A stretch of 64,000 bases of DNA from Marinagarivorans cellulosilyticus (lineage in GTDB: Bacteria > Pseudomonadota > Gammaproteobacteria > Pseudomonadales > Cellvibrionaceae): positions 3,046,453-3,110,452 of the forward strand of contig NZ_AP023086.1 of assembly GCF_021655555.1 (NCBI RefSeq), in the 5' to 3' direction. The position numbers were made by a program, and so were the translations under genes. Under the pieces are notes generated by a model. That model ran no database searches and had not been told where the DNA came from. It saw nothing but the letters and a program-made list of their open reading frames with translations. This document shows positions 61,578-64,000 of the stretch, in pieces (the stretch's first letter is position 1; the number at the start of each line of letters is the position of its first letter).

Positions 61578-62951
61578 TTATTTTAAGTTTTCGCGCTGCC
61601 AGAACTTCATGGCAATAATTAAGCTTGCTACAACGTAAATGGGCCAAGTGAAGCCTTGCGTTAGGAATGTGCCAGAAACCACTATGCCTAATATCGCCGC
61701 CAAGTTGGCTTCGGAGGCCGCTTGAATTGCCGCAGGAGCCTTGCACTGAATGCCATCGTCTGTTGTTTTAATGGCATCCCTTATCAGTTGAACAACCATA
61801 ATCACAAAAACAATAATGCCAAGAATACCGGTTTCGGCCAGTACGCCAAACCATGTGCTGTGTACCGCATGGTTTAAGCCGTCCCAGTGGGGGCTGTAAA
61901 AGTAATAATTAGAGAAAAAGTTCTTGAGCCCCACACCGCTAAAAGGGTTGGCCAGTGCCATGCCCCAAGCAGCCTGCCAAGCCCAAATGCGCCCCATCGC
62001 CGAGGCATCTACACCGCTTTCGGCGGCGCCGCCAGAAGCGCGGCCCGATATACCGGCCATGACAAATAATGCCATTGCTACAACGGCGCCGGCACCAAAA
62101 AAGATGAACTTATTGGTTATACGGCGGTAGGCAAACAAGCCAAACACAGCCATTACACCCAGTAGGCCGCCACGGCTTTGGGTTGCAATAACGGCGCTGA
62201 ACAAGGCTATGGTTGAAATGGCGCCAACAAGGCGCGCAATAAGCCCTAAGCCTTTGTTTAGCATAAGGCTTATGGCAAAACTAATGGGGAACATGAGTAC
62301 TAAGGCAAGATCGTTAGGGTCGCCCAGAATAGAGCCTAACTCGCGCCCCACAGTAACCCGCGTTCCTTCTACTAGGCCAATGCCATTAACCTTATTCCAC
62401 AAGGCAACGCCGGCAACAGCCGCGCCAGAAAGCGTTAACAAATACAAGCTTAATAAAAAGTCCTTGGGGGTTCGGGTGAGCCAAGCAATGGCAAAAGTCA
62501 TAATAATGATTTTTATATAGGAATCTTTAAAGGCGGTAATGGCAATATCGCGGCTGGTCGCGAAAAAAAGCCCCGTAAAAACAAGAAAAAAGAAGAGCCC
62601 AACCCAATTGAAGGTGTCGTCCCAAAAGGGCCTTATCTTACCGGTTACAACAATATGCCAGCCCAAAGCAAATAAAGCAGAAAGCGCCAATAGTTGCGGG
62701 ATTCTTAACGGGTTTAAAAAAGGGAAGGCTTCGTGAATGCGGCAAAACGAAAAAATCACAAAACTAAGAATAATAATAAACGGGAGCTTAAGTACGCCGT
62801 ATATGGCCAGTGGTGCTAAGCAGGCAGCAATAATGACTATTGGGTGGGGCAGTAGCCACCAAGCAGCCGCAAACAACCCGCATAAAGCGATAGCAATAAG
62901 CGGGGTAACGATTGCGCGGCGGTTGGGCGCTAAGCCGTGTGTTTTTAGCAT
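61578..62951 (-). CDS. O-antigen ligase / Wzy-like polysaccharide polymerase family membrane protein
   Basis: At least ten TM segments with the Wzy_C signature region ATQSRGGLLGVMAVFG and a periplasmic loop. Confidence 0.8.
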   Translation of the reverse strand: MLKTHGLAPNRRAIVTPLIAIALCGLFAAAWWLLPHPIVIIAACLAPLAIYGVLKLPFIIILSFVIFSFCRIHEAFPFLNPLRIPQLLALSALFALGWHIVVTGKIRPFWDDTFNWVGLFFFLVFTGLFFATSRDIAITAFKDSYIKIIIMTFAIAWLTRTPKDFLLSLYLLTLSGAAVAGVALWNKVNGIGLVEGTRVTVGRELGSILGDPNDLALVLMFPISFAISLMLNKGLGLIARLVGAISTIALFSAVIATQSRGGLLGVMAVFGLFAYRRITNKFIFFGAGAVVAMALFVMAGISGRASGGAAESGVDASAMGRIWAWQAAWGMALANPFSGVGLKNFFSNYYFYSPHWDGLNHAVHSTWFGVLAETGILGIIVFVIMVVQLIRDAIKTTDDGIQCKAPAAIQAASEANLAAILGIVVSGTFLTQGFTWPIYVVASLIIAMKFWQRENLK

Positions 62952-62989
62952 GCGCGAAAGCGGTGCCCCGTATTGTGGCGGCTACAACG

Positions 62990-64000
62990 TTAACAAGGTG
63001 CTGTAGTCGCCTGACGAAAACCCAAGTAATTAGTTAAACGATAGCTGATTACCATAGCACCTGCACAAATCGCACAGCCTAAAGCTAAAGCAACTGAGTA
63101 GATGGTGAGCTGCCAAATGCCTACTTGGGAGCTTAATGCGGTATAACTGATACCTGTAGCAACAACGGGCATGCAAACGCAAAAGAGCAGTAGTAATGGC
63201 TGTACGTGGTGAACTAAGGCGTTTTTACCTTGTAGGTGAATTGCCGCAAGGCGAAAACCTTGGGCGATAATAAGGCCTGTAATACAGCCGCTTACCCCCC
63301 AATAAAAGGTGCCCAATAAACAACAACTTGCACCAATAATGGCACTGGTAACATTAATTTTTAATAAAGGTAGCGTGCTTTGTTGGCTAAGCAGGCCAAT
63401 ATTGTGAATCTCGCTGGCTTCGCGCAGGCCAAACATAATGGCTATAGCACCGGCTAATAGTGTTGCCGAGTGATAAGCTTCTGGCATCAGTACAATAATA
63501 AGTACGGGTGCCATACAAATAACGCCGCAAGTCATTAAGCTTAACAGTACGCTGGCTAGCCCCAATACTTGCGTGCATTGCGCTGCGCGGTGTTGTAGCC
63601 ATTCAAAGCGGCGTGGGCGCCACCACATGCCAAAAGGTTGCATTAGCAGCACCGTCGCTAGCGCAAATTTAGCGGCTACACTATACAGCCCTAATTGCGT
63701 TAAAGAATCCCATTGGGCTATAGCAATGCGATCGACACCATTGAGCGCAAACATACATAAACCACTGCCAAGTAGTGGCATACCGTAGCGCCATATGGCG
63801 GTTAGCTCTTGGCGTTTTGCCGCAATGCCTGTGCTTCGGTATTGGCATAGCCCAAGCACAAAGGCTTGGCTAAATGTTGCAATCACACTGGCAATAATCA
63901 CGCTATCTAAGTGGGGGTTGTGGTGCAGCAATACAACGGTTAACAACGCTTGTAAAAATGTACGGCCAATTACTACGGCAAAAAACTGGCCGGCATTATC
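62990..64000 (-). CDS. Wzx-type polysaccharide flippase (MOP superfamily). It is 5'-partial; the gene continues beyond the window end.
   Basis: The multi-TM C-terminal half is typical of 'polysaccharide biosynthesis protein' flippases. The frame is still open at 63947-64000. Confidence 0.7.
   Translation of the reverse strand, partial: DNAGQFFAVVIGRTFLQALLTVVLLHHNPHLDSVIIASVIATFSQAFVLGLCQYRSTGIAAKRQELTAIWRYGMPLLGSGLCMFALNGVDRIAIAQWDSLTQLGLYSVAAKFALATVLLMQPFGMWWRPRRFEWLQHRAAQCTQVLGLASVLLSLMTCGVICMAPVLIIVLMPEAYHSATLLAGAIAIMFGLREASEIHNIGLLSQQSTLPLLKINVTSAIIGASCCLLGTFYWGVSGCITGLIIAQGFRLAAIHLQGKNALVHHVQPLLLLFCVCMPVVATGISYTALSSQVGIWQLTIYSVALALGCAICAGAMVISYRLTNYLGFRQATTAPC

Noticed and set aside
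1-64000. Search for CRISPR arrays, tRNA/rRNA genes, IS elements, integrases and prophage genes
   Set aside because: I found no regularly spaced direct repeats, no tRNA T-loop or acceptor signatures in the intergenic regions, and no transposase or integrase-like ORFs. The window appears to be core chromosome, plus an EPS cassette with lower GC.

Overview
A 64-kb chromosomal window at about 46% GC from a gammaproteobacterium. The placement is suggested by PilT/PilU, the ubiA-phoB-phoR and yggS-proC-yggT/pilTU syntenies; marine Cellvibrionales- or Pseudomonadales-like, genus not determinable. Gene density is high and I found no rRNA, tRNA, CRISPR array, transposase or integrase.

Ordered content:
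- 1-3868 (-): a frameshifted hybrid sensor histidine kinase with an N-terminal beta-propeller; its 3' end lies beyond the window.
- 4488-5510 (+): srkA/rdoA stress kinase.
- 5644-5831: an inverted-repeat-flanked, GC-rich intergenic element of unknown nature.
- 6149-11555: hypothetical proteins and a repeat lipoprotein (+), then a DjlA-like J-domain membrane protein and Ppx/GppA (-).
- 11610-17232 (-): a NrtA/CmpA-type ABC transporter (substrate-binding protein, permease, tandem-fused double ATPase) with an alginate-export-family outer-membrane porin as the last gene.
- 18838-23594: acnB (-), then an HDAC-family deacetylase and a YeaD-like hexose-6-P mutarotase (+).
- 24022-28373 (+): a molybdenum hydroxylase cluster with a 2Fe-2S small subunit, a Tat-signal Mo large subunit, XdhC and a MocA-like nucleotidyltransferase.
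- 28377-29114 (-): a double PRC-barrel protein.
- 29520-38624 (+): the most interesting locus, a tight four-gene operon of PspA/IM30 (ESCRT-III-like), a YqiJ/NfeD-like membrane protein, a YqiK-type flotillin with an extended EA-rich, 11-residue-periodic C-terminus, and a 1831-aa coiled-coil protein with a single MoxR/AAA_5-type AAA+ module. I propose this as a candidate uncharacterized membrane-remodelling/repair machine.
- 38632-51700: rhomboid protease, phoR-phoB with a Pho-box-like site, ubiA (all -); an HU-like gene translationally coupled to a DAACS symporter (+); a PAS-GGDEF-EAL protein, an unannotated 38-aa membrane peptide and yggT-proC-yggS (all -); pilT-pilU (+).
- 51767-58227 and 61578 to beyond the window end (-): an exopolysaccharide locus comprising a GT2-phosphoglycosyltransferase fusion, a GT4 glycosyltransferase, a Wzz/GumC-like protein, a GT1-like glycosyltransferase, an acetyltransferase, a Wzy-like ligase and a Wzx flippase.
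- 58670-61561 (+): an H-NOX / H-NOX-associated histidine kinase / REC-HD-GYP nitric-oxide signalling module embedded in the EPS locus on the opposite strand.

All calls rest on reading the translations and motifs directly; no database searches were run.
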